Of a DNA stretch of 27,431 bases, positions 1 to 9,261 are shown piece by piece (position 1 is the first letter of the stretch; the number at the start of each line of letters is the position of its first letter). Position numbers and translations under genes: made by a program. Source of the DNA: Gemmatimonadales bacterium (GTDB lineage: Bacteria > Gemmatimonadota > Gemmatimonadetes > Gemmatimonadales > GWC2-71-9); contig JBFGJG010000052.1 of the NCBI GenBank assembly GCA_041577295.1, positions 1 to 27,431 on the forward strand. Reading direction: 5' to 3'. The notes under the pieces were generated by a model, which was not told where the DNA came from, ran no database searches, and was given only the letters and a program-made list of their open reading frames with translations.

Positions 1-89
1 AGTATCGTTAGCCAGAATCGATCTTTGTGGTTCGTGATCAATCAAGCGATTATGCCAAGGATGGTAACCCGGCCCACTGGTGAGGATCA

Positions 90-1544
90 ATGCACTTGAT
101 GCGGTGTGTGCCAGCATTGGCATCGATGATGCTGCTCCTGGCCGTAGGAAGTTGTGCCGTAGATGAATCGTTGTCACCGCGTCCTCCCGCACTGTCGGAC
201 GTGCGTGTCGAAGCCAACGAGCTCAACGCTCTCTCCGTTCATCTGCACTTCACCGTCAGCGACGCCGACTCCGCCCGAGTGATTATCTGGTCACGAGGTA
301 ATTCAAATCTTACCACGCCGTTCTCCCACGTAGGTGACGGGACTACAACCCTCACCGTCCTCGGCCTGCTACCAGAAACGCGCTACGAGTTCGTCATCGA
401 TGCCATCGGCAGCGGTGGCGCTGTCGCATCGCCAGTGATGATCTATGAGGTGGGCAGCCTCCCGGAGGCCCTACGCCAAGTGCGCATCGAGACAATGGGC
501 CAGTCCCTCGGCGGCCTATCGCTACTCTCGCTCTTTATCGACCCCATAGCATACGCACTGGTGTTCGACGATAATGGTCGTATTCGGTGGTACCGCGAAT
601 TTTCTGGCACCGATGGCTCGGCCGAAACGAAACAGCACGAGAACGGAAATATCACGGTGTTCCTGGGGTCGACGCCGGGGTTCTTCCCACTACGTGGACG
701 GTTCGTCGAGGTAGCGCCCGATGGGGAGTTGATTCGGACGATCGAGGCCCCGGAGCCCCTCTACACCGACAACCACGAACTGCTGCTTACCTTCGATGGC
801 GGACGGTCACCTACGGCGCACTTCTTCAGCTATGATTTCCGCCAAACAGATTTGACCGCCATTGGTGGTGCTGCCGATGTGCAGCTCGCCGGGCATCAGA
901 TTCTGAGAGTCCTCGAAAGCAATGAAACGGAGCTCGTTTTCAACGGCTGGGACCACTTCGGACCGGAAGAGGCAATAGAGCTGCCGCAAACCGCCTGGCA
1001 ACTCAGCAACATCGACTTTGATCACCCCAACTCGCTGGCCTTTGATCTCGACGGTCACTACATCGCGTCCTGGCGGCACCTCGCAGAGGTCACCAAGATC
1101 CATTACGAAACCGGAGAGATCATCTGGCGACTCGGCGGAGTGAACAACGAGTTTACCTTCGTGGCCGATCCGTTGGGTGGCTTTAGTGCGCAACACGCGG
1201 CAACGATCTTGGATAACGGAAACCTACTTCTCTATGACAACGGCAATCGGCATGATCCTCCCGAGTCCCGAGCGGTCGAATACCACCTCGATGTGGAAAA
1301 CAAGGTCGCCACCTTGGTGTGGGAATACCGGCACGATCCGCCGATCTTCACGGGAACACGGGGATCGGTTCAACGGCTGCGCGATGGGAGTACGCTGGTT
1401 GGGTTTGCTGCAGCGGGAGTGATAGCCTACGTGGCGCCAGACGGTACCGTGCTCGGAGAGGGACGGCTGCAACTTGGCGAAAGCGCGGGTGCGTTCTACC
1501 GGGTGACTCGTATCGCCTCTCTCTACGAATTCGCGCGCCCGTAG
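90..1544 (+). CDS. Aryl-sulfate sulfotransferase (ASST) family protein, probable lipoprotein with N-terminal FN3-like domain
   Basis: 484-aa ORF with GAGGA upstream. Lipobox-like LLLAVGSC; FN3-like segment (TLTVLGLLPETRYEFVI); ASST-like motifs DNHE, DFDHPNSL, SWRHL, IIWRLGG, FSAQHAA, LLYDNG and GSVQRL. Confidence 0.8.
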   Translation: MHLMRCVPALASMMLLLAVGSCAVDESLSPRPPALSDVRVEANELNALSVHLHFTVSDADSARVIIWSRGNSNLTTPFSHVGDGTTTLTVLGLLPETRYEFVIDAIGSGGAVASPVMIYEVGSLPEALRQVRIETMGQSLGGLSLLSLFIDPIAYALVFDDNGRIRWYREFSGTDGSAETKQHENGNITVFLGSTPGFFPLRGRFVEVAPDGELIRTIEAPEPLYTDNHELLLTFDGGRSPTAHFFSYDFRQTDLTAIGGAADVQLAGHQILRVLESNETELVFNGWDHFGPEEAIELPQTAWQLSNIDFDHPNSLAFDLDGHYIASWRHLAEVTKIHYETGEIIWRLGGVNNEFTFVADPLGGFSAQHAATILDNGNLLLYDNGNRHDPPESRAVEYHLDVENKVATLVWEYRHDPPIFTGTRGSVQRLRDGSTLVGFAAAGVIAYVAPDGTVLGEGRLQLGESAGAFYRVTRIASLYEFARP

Positions 1545-1554
1545 GGCGATCCGG

Positions 1555-3369
1555 TTACCCGCCAACCTCCTCAACCTCTGGGGTAAAATCCTCCCCCGGA
1601 TTGATGAACAAATCCTGCTCGATGTGATACTGCCGCTCATACAGCTCGCGATATCGGCCGCCCTTGGCCAGCAACTCCTCGTGCGTTCCCCGCTCCACAA
1701 TCTCACCGGCCTCGAGCACCAGAATCTGATCCGCGCGCCGAATGGTCGAGAGCCGGTGAGCAATCACGAACGTCGTACGGCCTCGCTGCAGTGACTTCAA
1801 GCCGTCCTGGATCTGCGCCTCGATCTCGCTATCGAGACTCGACGTGGCTTCATCGAGGATCAAAATTTTGGGGTTGGCGAGGATCGCCCGGGCAATGGCA
1901 ATACGCTGGCGCTGACCACCGGAAACCTTGATGCCACGCTCACCAACGACCGTGTCGTAGCCGTTTTCGAATCGATCGATGAACTCATCACAATGCGCGA
2001 TAGCGGCGGCCCGCCGGACATCATCCATCGTCGCATGTGGCGCGCCGAATCGGATGTTGTCGGCCACAGTCCCGTCGAACAAGAAGTTCTCCTGCAATAC
2101 GACACCGAGCCGACGGCGGTAGTCATGGGCACGTAGGGAGGCGAGATCCCGGCCATCCACGAGAATTCGCCCGGCCGTTGGCCGATTGAAGGCGGCAACC
2201 AAGCTAATCAGCGTGCTCTTGCCCCCACCGCTCGATCCCACGAGCGCGGTGGTCGTTCCCGCCGGCGCCTCAAAGCAGATGTCCCGGAGCACGCGCACGC
2301 CCTTCACATACTCGAACGACACGTCGTCGAACACGAAATGACCCTCGACACGCTCGACCGGCGCGCGCTGTCGATCCTCGTCCTGCTCCGTGACCATCCG
2401 CCGGATCTCGCGGATGCGGTCAAGACCAGCGAAGGCCTCGGCAATCTGGGTTCCAATAGATGCGATCTGGATGAGCGGTGACGCCACGAGCCCCGTGAAA
2501 AAGATGTACATGACGAGGTCACCCAGCGTCATAGAGCCGCTCAAAATCGCCCGGCCACCCACCAAGATCATGATGACGCCCACCACGCCAACGATCAGCG
2601 AAGCAAACGCCCCAACGCCCGCTACCCCAGTGACCGCTTTCGCCACGTTGCGAAACAACCGGTGTGCGCCCTTGGCGTAGACATGGGCTTCGCGGCGCTC
2701 TGCGGTGTACGCTTTGACCACCCGGATCCCACTCAGCGTCTCGGCCAAACGACCCGTGACCTCCGCGTTGATCTTGCCGCGTTCACGGAAGATTGGCCGC
2801 ATCTTGCTGAAGGCGAACGCCATCACACCGCCGAACACTGCCATGACGAGCAGCACGACGGTCGTCAGTTGCCAATTGAGATAGAACAACACCGCCAATG
2901 CTAGGCCCGCCGTGATCAACCCACCCACGAGCTGGACGAGGCCCGTCCCCACGAGATTCCGGATGCCCTCAGCATCCGTCATGATGCGGGAAATCAACAC
3001 GCCAGTCTTGGTGGAATCGAAGTACGTGACGGGAAGCCGCGCGACGTGCTGCTGTACGACCTTCCGCATCTCCGTGATCGCCCGTTGCGCCGCCACGCCG
3101 AGGAGCTGCGACAATGCAAAGGACATGGTGGCCTGGATCAGCGTGGCGATGCCAACAGCGAGTGCCAGCGGCAGCAGAAGCTCGGCCCGTCCCTTTCCGA
3201 CCACGTCGTCGATGAGAAACTTGGACGAGGCCGGAAGCACGAGGCCCGCCAGCCGGCTGACGATCATGAGCGCGAAGCCAATGGCCAAGCGCCGCCGATA
3301 GGCCCACACGAGCTCCCGCGCCTCCTGCCATACCTGGGAGAGGCGAATCCGTCGGCGCTCCTCAGTCAT
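1555..3369 (-). CDS. ABC exporter, fused permease/ATP-binding (MsbA/Sav1866-like)
   Basis: 604 aa. N-terminal multi-TM domain, Walker A GSSGGGKST, signature VSGGQRQR, Walker B ILILDEATSSLD, H-loop IAHRLST. Confidence 0.95.
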   Translation of the reverse strand: MTEERRRIRLSQVWQEARELVWAYRRRLAIGFALMIVSRLAGLVLPASSKFLIDDVVGKGRAELLLPLALAVGIATLIQATMSFALSQLLGVAAQRAITEMRKVVQQHVARLPVTYFDSTKTGVLISRIMTDAEGIRNLVGTGLVQLVGGLITAGLALAVLFYLNWQLTTVVLLVMAVFGGVMAFAFSKMRPIFRERGKINAEVTGRLAETLSGIRVVKAYTAERREAHVYAKGAHRLFRNVAKAVTGVAGVGAFASLIVGVVGVIMILVGGRAILSGSMTLGDLVMYIFFTGLVASPLIQIASIGTQIAEAFAGLDRIREIRRMVTEQDEDRQRAPVERVEGHFVFDDVSFEYVKGVRVLRDICFEAPAGTTTALVGSSGGGKSTLISLVAAFNRPTAGRILVDGRDLASLRAHDYRRRLGVVLQENFLFDGTVADNIRFGAPHATMDDVRRAAAIAHCDEFIDRFENGYDTVVGERGIKVSGGQRQRIAIARAILANPKILILDEATSSLDSEIEAQIQDGLKSLQRGRTTFVIAHRLSTIRRADQILVLEAGEIVERGTHEELLAKGGRYRELYERQYHIEQDLFINPGEDFTPEVEEVGG

Positions 3370-3419
3370 GAACGCGGATGGTCGACGCGCGTGTCGGCAG
3401 TGTACACATGTGGGCCGGC

Positions 3420-3448
3420 AAGATCGGTGGGGAACCAGGCTGAGTCAA
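3420..3448 (-). promoter_or_regulatory. Candidate sigma70 promoter for the ABC exporter
   Basis: Minus strand TTGACT (3448-3443), 17 nt, GATCTT (3425-3420), about 50 nt upstream of the ATG. The -10 match is weak. Confidence 0.3.
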
Positions 3449-3537
3449 GCAGGACAGCCCGGACCGCTCCACGATCCGGTTGGGAGATAGTAAATTTAAA
3501 GAATACAAGGAACGGAGGAGTCTGTATTCGCTCCCGC

Positions 3538-4635
3538 ATGATCGAGATCCAACCCCCGACGGAACGTGCGTTCCTGATCGGGTCGCCGCGCCGCAGTACT
3601 GCAGACGCGATTCACGCCGATGAGCATCTGAACGAATTGGCACGGTTAGCTGACACCGCTGGTGCGCAAGTAGTGGGCCGCGCCATACAGCGAGTCGAGG
3701 CGCCCACGCCGCAGTTCTACATCGGTGAAGGGAAAGTGGAGGAGGTGAAGCAGCTCGCCCGTGAGGCGGGGGCCACGTTGGTGGTGTTCGACGAAGAGCT
3801 GTCACCCGTTCAGGGCAAGAACCTGGAACGAGAGCTTGGCCTTCGAATCATGGATCGCTCGGAGCTGATTCTCGATATCTTCGCGACCCGCGCACGGAGC
3901 AACGAGGCACGGCTGGAGGTGGAGCTGGCCCAACTCGAGTACATGCTACCGCGCCTGGCCCGAATGTGGGTCCACCTTTCACGCATTCGCGGCGGCATCG
4001 GGTTGCGCGGACCGGGCGAAACCCAGATCGAGACCGACCGCCGGATCATTCGCCGGAAGATCAGCCGCCTCAAGCAAAAGCTCGACAAGGTAGAACGGCA
4101 CCGGGCCGTTGTGCGCAGCGGCAGGCGGCATATCCCCACGGCCGCGCTCGTCGGCTACACCAACACCGGAAAATCGAGCCTGTTGCGTGCCCTCTCGGGC
4201 GCGGAAGCATTCGTGGAAGACCGGCTCTTTGCCACCCTCGACACGCTGACCCGTGAGATGAGTCTCGGCAATGGGCGACGCCTCCGGCTCATCGATACCG
4301 TGGGATTCATCCGCAAGCTGCCTCACCATCTGGTGGCCAGCTTTCGGGCTACGCTCACCGAGGCGGCAGATGCCGATTTCTTGCTGCACGTGATCGACGC
4401 CGCTCACCCCGATTGGGAGGAGCAGGTCGAGGTCGTCGAGGAGGTGCTCGCCAGCCTCTCGCTCAACGGGGCGACTGTCCTGCACGTCTTCAACAAGATG
4501 GATCGCGTACCCGAGCCTGAGGCCTTCCACGACCGGGTCGTCACCCGGTACGAAAACGCGGTGTGTGTGTCAGCGCTGTCTCGGGATGTTCGAGAACTGG
4601 TCGAGAGAATGGTGACCGTGGTTGGTGGGGAGTAG
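3538..4635 (+). CDS. hflX: Ribosome-associated GTPase HflX (short form, ends soon after the G domain)
   Basis: HflX motifs ELARLADTAG, IGEGKVEE, LILDIFATRA, LRGPGETQIETDRR, G1 GYTNTGKS, LFATLD, G3 DTVGFI, G4 NKMD. The ORF-track start at 3046 overlaps the divergent ABC gene, so the start is placed at ATG 3538 (or in-frame ATT 3526). Confidence 0.95.
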   Translation: MIEIQPPTERAFLIGSPRRSTADAIHADEHLNELARLADTAGAQVVGRAIQRVEAPTPQFYIGEGKVEEVKQLAREAGATLVVFDEELSPVQGKNLERELGLRIMDRSELILDIFATRARSNEARLEVELAQLEYMLPRLARMWVHLSRIRGGIGLRGPGETQIETDRRIIRRKISRLKQKLDKVERHRAVVRSGRRHIPTAALVGYTNTGKSSLLRALSGAEAFVEDRLFATLDTLTREMSLGNGRRLRLIDTVGFIRKLPHHLVASFRATLTEAADADFLLHVIDAAHPDWEEQVEVVEEVLASLSLNGATVLHVFNKMDRVPEPEAFHDRVVTRYENAVCVSALSRDVRELVERMVTVVGGE

Positions 4636-4787
4636 AGTGCAGAGTGCGGAGTGCAGGCGGGTCCCGTAGCGGGCGTCAGTGAGCGGTGCGCGGCATGAAT
4701 GCGGGGATGCTCGCGCGAACTTTAGCGCGCTGAGGGACCCGCCTGCACTCTGCAATCACTCCCAGCTCCCTACTCCCTACTCACTCT
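4627..4787. repeat. Long inverted-repeat element with heptamer arrays between convergent hflX and GT4 genes
   Basis: GGGGAGT AGAGTGC AGAGTGC GGAGTGC AGGCGGGTCCC (4627-4665) ... GGGACCCGCCT GCACTCT GCA (4734-4754), then ACTCCC AGCTCCC TACTCCC TACTC. The inverted repeat matches at 20/21 bp. Confidence 0.85.
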
Positions 4788-6035
4788 CGTCAATACACCT
4801 GCCACATGCCGCGAGAACATACGCGCAGAGAAGTAGTCCTCCGACCGCTGCCGTCCTGACGCACCGATCGTCGCCAGTTCCTCGCGAGACATTTTGAACA
4901 CGGTCCGGAGGATAGATGCCAGCGCGGCCGGTGCCCTAGGTTGGGCGAGCCAGCCCCCCTCCCGGAGCGGCGCGATACCCCCGCCCAAGATCTCGAGCGG
5001 GCCACCCTCCGCAGCGGCGACGACCGGGATTCCGCTTGCCATGGCCTCGAGCACGACTCGACCAAACGGCTCCGGGCGGGTCGAGTAATGGAGGGCAAGA
5101 TCGAACTCCGGATAGACGCGCTCGATCGCCTCTTGGAAGGGCAACAGATGGATGCGTGTACCAGGGCGGATCGCTGCCCGCAGTTCCTTCTCGAACGACC
5201 GCTCCGCCACGGTGTCGTAAATGCTGCCACCGACGAACACGAGGTGGACGTCCGAAAAGTCGTTGGCCACCAGCCGAAACGCCTCGATGACTTCGAGCTG
5301 GCCCTTCCACCTGGCAAACACCGCTGGCATGCCCACCAACCGAGCCTCTCGTGGTAACTCGAGCTGCTGGTGGATCCACCCGGTGCGTTTGCGCGGGGTG
5401 AAGCGATCGAGGTTGACACCGTTTGGGATGACGGCGATCGGCGGACCACCGCTCCGCGCGATTGGTGGTCCGGCCCAATCCGCCCCCTCCACACTCCATT
5501 CACCGGTGACATAGGGCCGGGGCGCGTGCCCCTTACCCCATGCGCTGCCGACAGCGTGGCTGTTGGCGATGAGCGCGTCGGGTATTCTACCGGCAAAGAA
5601 GCGCCACAAGCGGCCGGTCCGTTCCGGCGGGAACTCGTGGAGATGCCACACCACGGGGATCTTTCGCATGGTATAAGTGGTGAGGTATGCCTTGAACGCC
5701 ACCGAGTACAGCACCTCGGCATCCTCGCACCACGCATGCTTGGCAAGATCCTTTGCCCAGCGCCGGAGGCCAAATAGGGCAGGAGGGATCGATCGGAGGT
5801 GGCCGGCACGCTGGGACGCAGCGAGCAAGGAGGGGGGTGCCGGGACAACGTCTGCCGGAACGCCGAGATCGTTGAGCCGATCGACCAACGGCCCCGCTCG
5901 TGGGGCGAGGACGCGGAGGGCAATGCCGTATTCGAAGGCGTCGTTGGCGAAGTCGAGCAGCACGCGTTCGGTTCCGCCGAGCTGCGCGGCGGCGGTCAAC
6001 GCTGTGACTTTACGTGCCGCGTCGGGACTAGCCAA
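4770..6035 (-). CDS. Glycosyltransferase family 4
   Basis: 421 aa; GGTER, WHLHE, ANS, IPNGV, WKGQ and EPFGRVVLEAMASG (EX7E). TTG start overlaps the upstream stop. Confidence 0.9.
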   Translation of the reverse strand: MASPDAARKVTALTAAAQLGGTERVLLDFANDAFEYGIALRVLAPRAGPLVDRLNDLGVPADVVPAPPSLLAASQRAGHLRSIPPALFGLRRWAKDLAKHAWCEDAEVLYSVAFKAYLTTYTMRKIPVVWHLHEFPPERTGRLWRFFAGRIPDALIANSHAVGSAWGKGHAPRPYVTGEWSVEGADWAGPPIARSGGPPIAVIPNGVNLDRFTPRKRTGWIHQQLELPREARLVGMPAVFARWKGQLEVIEAFRLVANDFSDVHLVFVGGSIYDTVAERSFEKELRAAIRPGTRIHLLPFQEAIERVYPEFDLALHYSTRPEPFGRVVLEAMASGIPVVAAAEGGPLEILGGGIAPLREGGWLAQPRAPAALASILRTVFKMSREELATIGASGRQRSEDYFSARMFSRHVAGVLTRVSRE

Positions 6036-7191
6036 GCCGGCGGTATACCTCGGCGGTCTTCCGCGCGGTCTCGATCCAGCGGAAACGACGGGCGCGTTCG
6101 AGACCCTTGTGCTTCAAGCTCTCGCGCCACCCGTCGTTGCCAATCAGACGCTTGACCGCCGCGACGTATGACGCGGGCTCACGTTGGCCAACCACTACGG
6201 CCGCATCACCCGCCACCTCGGCAAGGCCGCCCGCGCCAGAGGTGATCACCGGCAACCCGGACGCCATCGCCTCGAGTACCGGGAATCCGAACCCTTCGTA
6301 ATGGGATGGGAACAGGAGCACATCGGCCACCCGATAGGCTTTTCGCAGCTCAATCTCCCGGACTTCACCCAAACGCGCAACACGCTCACCCAGCCGGTAC
6401 CCGCGGATCTCCTGCTCCTGGCCCGGTGTCAGCGAGCCCCCAACCTGCAACAGCCAGGCATTGATCTTGGAACCTACGAGCTCGTGGACGACCCGAATGA
6501 CCGCAGAGAGGTTCTTGCGAGGCCCCACACTCCCCACGTGCAGCACGACGAACGCGTTCTCCGGGATCCCCCATCGATGACGTGTCGTAATCGGATGCTC
6601 GCCGGGATGATCGAAGAACGCATCGTCCACACCGAATGGAATCACGTGTATACGATCGTCGTGTCCCAGCCACTGCGCGAGCTCGCCGCGTAACCACTCC
6701 GTGGCCACGATCCACGCGCTGGCGCGCCGCAGTCCCGCCAGCACTCGCCCGAGAAGCCAGTTGCGAATGCGGGCCCGGACGTCCGAATCACGACGTTGCA
6801 CCGTGAGGATCGGAAGGAGATCGTGCACGGTGACGATGCTGGGTTGGAGCCGTCGTCCGCGCAGCATGTGGGCGTAGGAGTGGTCCAGCACGTGATAGAC
6901 ATCCGCGCGCACCTTGCGAACGCGGCGTGGGTAGAGCGCGTATCGGGCAACGTATCGTTCCAACTCCGCCCTCCCACTGGTCGGAAGCTCGGGTGGCCGG
7001 TCGGGACCCGGGCCGGCAGCTCGAGCACGCGCGTCTCCATTCTCGACTGTCAGATTGGCGATCTCTCCGGCGAGCGTGACGTTGAGGTCGGTCACATACT
7101 GTGCCAGCGCGCGCGACAGGCGGGACGCGTACCGGTCCATCGACGGCCAGTGTTCGATGGGGAGGTCGGGGATCAACAGGACGCTTCTCAC
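6028..7191 (-). CDS. Glycosyltransferase family 4 (MtfB/WbpY-like)
   Basis: VTVHDL, HVGSVGPRKN and FPSHYEGFGFPVLEAMASG. Start set at GTG 7191 (GTGA overlap with the upstream stop) rather than 7404. Confidence 0.9.
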   Translation of the reverse strand: MRSVLLIPDLPIEHWPSMDRYASRLSRALAQYVTDLNVTLAGEIANLTVENGDARARAAGPGPDRPPELPTSGRAELERYVARYALYPRRVRKVRADVYHVLDHSYAHMLRGRRLQPSIVTVHDLLPILTVQRRDSDVRARIRNWLLGRVLAGLRRASAWIVATEWLRGELAQWLGHDDRIHVIPFGVDDAFFDHPGEHPITTRHRWGIPENAFVVLHVGSVGPRKNLSAVIRVVHELVGSKINAWLLQVGGSLTPGQEQEIRGYRLGERVARLGEVREIELRKAYRVADVLLFPSHYEGFGFPVLEAMASGLPVITSGAGGLAEVAGDAAVVVGQREPASYVAAVKRLIGNDGWRESLKHKGLERARRFRWIETARKTAEVYRRLG

Positions 7192-7709
7192 TCCACCGCC
7201 ACCAGTTCGAACTCCAGGTACCAGGCTGGAAAAAGCCAAGCGAGTCGGTGCTCGTACAAATCGGGCCAGCGGTTGGCGATGCGTCGAACCACCGTATCGA
7301 TCGCCCCGCCGTGAAACCGTAGTGTTCGCTGGGCTACCTGAAAGCGCGCAGAAGAATAATAGTTCAGCTCGTGTCCATCGACGAAGTAGTCGAACGAACG
7401 CCATCCAAAATGATGACGGTGGGTCGGATCGGTGTACGAATTTGCGCAGGAAAAGTGCGGCGTGGTCACGAACAAGCGCCCACCAGGCTCGAGGACACGG
7501 TGAATCTCGGTGACGACCGCTACGAGGTCATCGACGTGTTCGAGTACATCGAAGCAATACACCTGAGTGAGGCTGCCGTCGGCAAAGGGCAGGGGGGCGG
7601 TGGCATCGAGGACGATATCAGGCGCGACATCGAGAGACCGGTCGGCGCGAAGGGCGCCGGGTGCCCGGACGACGGTGCCCGCACCAAGATCGAGCGAGCG
7701 CGGTGTCAT
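7188..7709 (-). CDS. Class I SAM-dependent methyltransferase (type 11-like)
   Basis: LDLGAG, PLPFADGS, DVLEHV, EIHRVLEPGG and PHFS..YTDPTH. Start is ATG 7709, or GTG 7787 coupled to the upstream stop. Confidence 0.85.
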   Translation of the reverse strand: MTPRSLDLGAGTVVRAPGALRADRSLDVAPDIVLDATAPLPFADGSLTQVYCFDVLEHVDDLVAVVTEIHRVLEPGGRLFVTTPHFSCANSYTDPTHRHHFGWRSFDYFVDGHELNYYSSARFQVAQRTLRFHGGAIDTVVRRIANRWPDLYEHRLAWLFPAWYLEFELVAVE

Positions 7710-7783
7710 GTTTGCACGACGTACACGTGGCCGATGACAATGAGATGAATGGGGCGAGCGGGCGCGAGGCCTGGCAGCGTAGA

Positions 7784-9157
7784 TCACCCCGCGAACTTCT
7801 CGCTCGCGCCTCTGCCGTGGTCGGAATGCTCCATGGCGACTTTGAACAACGCCCCGGCGAGAAACCACCAGATGATGCCGTGCGGCGCGGTTGATAGCGG
7901 TGAGCCAATGAGGATGAGCACACCCGAACTGATGAGCAGCGGGCCGATACCCAAGGCGAGATCATCTGCCTTGGTGCGGATCAAAACGGAGGTGGCCCGC
8001 GCGATCGTGGGAACGATGCCAAAAACAATGGCGGCCAGAACGGCGAGGCCCACAATGCCCATCTCGACTGCCGCGCGCCCGATATCCCCGTCACTGAATA
8101 CGAAGTATCCCTCGGGCATCGAGCTAACGATGAAAAAAGGCACACCGACACCAGTACGACCCAATCCCGTACCCACCGGGTTCTCCACCAGCGCGCGCGC
8201 GGCGATGATGGCTGGCTGACTGAGGTAAGACCACAGCTCCCCTTCGTGGAGTACGAGCGATGTGTAGCGCTCGACGATTTTCCCCGCGGTGAGCACGGTC
8301 GCAAAGTGAAATGCGATGAGCAGCAGCGGAACGATGGCGAGGTGCTTGACGCTGAGCCCGCGATACCACCCCAACACCATCAGGCCCAGTAGCACGACGA
8401 TGAGGGCCGCGCGGGTGCCGGACACCGTCATCCCCAGGAAGAACAGCGGAATCAAAGCACCACACACGATACGGACCCTGCGGGAGCGCGCTGGGCTGAG
8501 CGCTGCGCCCGCAGCGATTAGAATGCCGAAGACCATCATCCCCGCAAACGGCGCCGGGAAGGTAAACGTCGAGAACGCCCGGAAGTCGACAACGCCATCA
8601 CCCACGGAGTACAAAACGGTCGACCCGTGTCGCAACTGGGCGAGCTCGGTCACGAGCGCCATCTCGACCCCGCTCTGGTACTGCACGATTCCATACACGG
8701 CAGTGATGGCGCACAACGCGAGAATCAACCCGAGATAGGCGCGGAGCTGCCCATGAGAGCGAATGATTGTGAGCGCGAGCAGGGCGGCAACCGGGAACTC
8801 CGCCCACGCGCGCAGACCGGCAAGTTCGATCACAAGTGGCGTGCCCGGATGCAGGAGATAGAGAACGGGGATGACGATCACGACGAGCAATACCATCGGA
8901 ACCAACCCGGGCCCCCGGATCGGTACTCGGCGGACCGATAGCGCTGCGAACCACAACGCGACAGCGCCAATGAACGCCACCTCGGAGAGCGCGTACGGGA
9001 TGGGACCACCCATCCGGTCTTTGAGGTATCCCTGAAAGGTCGCCGCCGTGATGCTCGTCATCACGCCGAGGTGCACCAGGGTGTCGACCCGGAAGATGTC
9101 GGTCCAGCGGTCCTTGAGCTCGGTGACAGGGTGGTAGTGGGCGCTGATTGTGGTCAC
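7784..9157 (-). CDS. Wzy/O-antigen ligase-like polytopic membrane protein
   Basis: 457 aa with roughly 11-12 hydrophobic segments. Motifs RAFSTF, VSGTRA, NPVGTGLG and AAVEMGIVG resemble Wzy_C; lies in an operon with GTs and a flippase. Confidence 0.75.
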   Translation of the reverse strand: MTTISAHYHPVTELKDRWTDIFRVDTLVHLGVMTSITAATFQGYLKDRMGGPIPYALSEVAFIGAVALWFAALSVRRVPIRGPGLVPMVLLVVIVIPVLYLLHPGTPLVIELAGLRAWAEFPVAALLALTIIRSHGQLRAYLGLILALCAITAVYGIVQYQSGVEMALVTELAQLRHGSTVLYSVGDGVVDFRAFSTFTFPAPFAGMMVFGILIAAGAALSPARSRRVRIVCGALIPLFFLGMTVSGTRAALIVVLLGLMVLGWYRGLSVKHLAIVPLLLIAFHFATVLTAGKIVERYTSLVLHEGELWSYLSQPAIIAARALVENPVGTGLGRTGVGVPFFIVSSMPEGYFVFSDGDIGRAAVEMGIVGLAVLAAIVFGIVPTIARATSVLIRTKADDLALGIGPLLISSGVLILIGSPLSTAPHGIIWWFLAGALFKVAMEHSDHGRGASEKFAG

Positions 9158-9193
9158 GGTGAGATGACCTTAAGTTCAAGTCTGGTAGATGGT

Positions 9194-9261
9194 TAGGGAA
9201 ATGGGAAAAGGGAAAGGGAGAGACGCGGGTCACATTTTCCTGTTCTCTTCTCCCACTTCCC
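9194..9261. repeat. Heptamer array plus inverted pyrimidine array across a GT4 stop codon
   Basis: GGGAAAT GGGAAAA GGGAAAG GGAGAGA (9196-9223), then TTTTCC TGTTCTC TTCTCCC ACTTCCC (to 9261). Confidence 0.65.

Noticed and set aside
60..90. GGTAAC as an ECF -35 before the ASST gene
   Set aside because: No CGT -10 at 16-17 nt spacing, and too close to the start codon.
3046..3525. Long N-terminal extension of HflX in the ORF track
   Set aside because: It overlaps the divergent ABC gene on the opposite strand, is not HflX-like, and the SD lies at 3514.
4790..5923. 377-aa alternate-frame ORF inside a GT4 gene
   Set aside because: Arg/Ser/Pro-rich with no motifs; a typical shadow ORF of GC-rich DNA.
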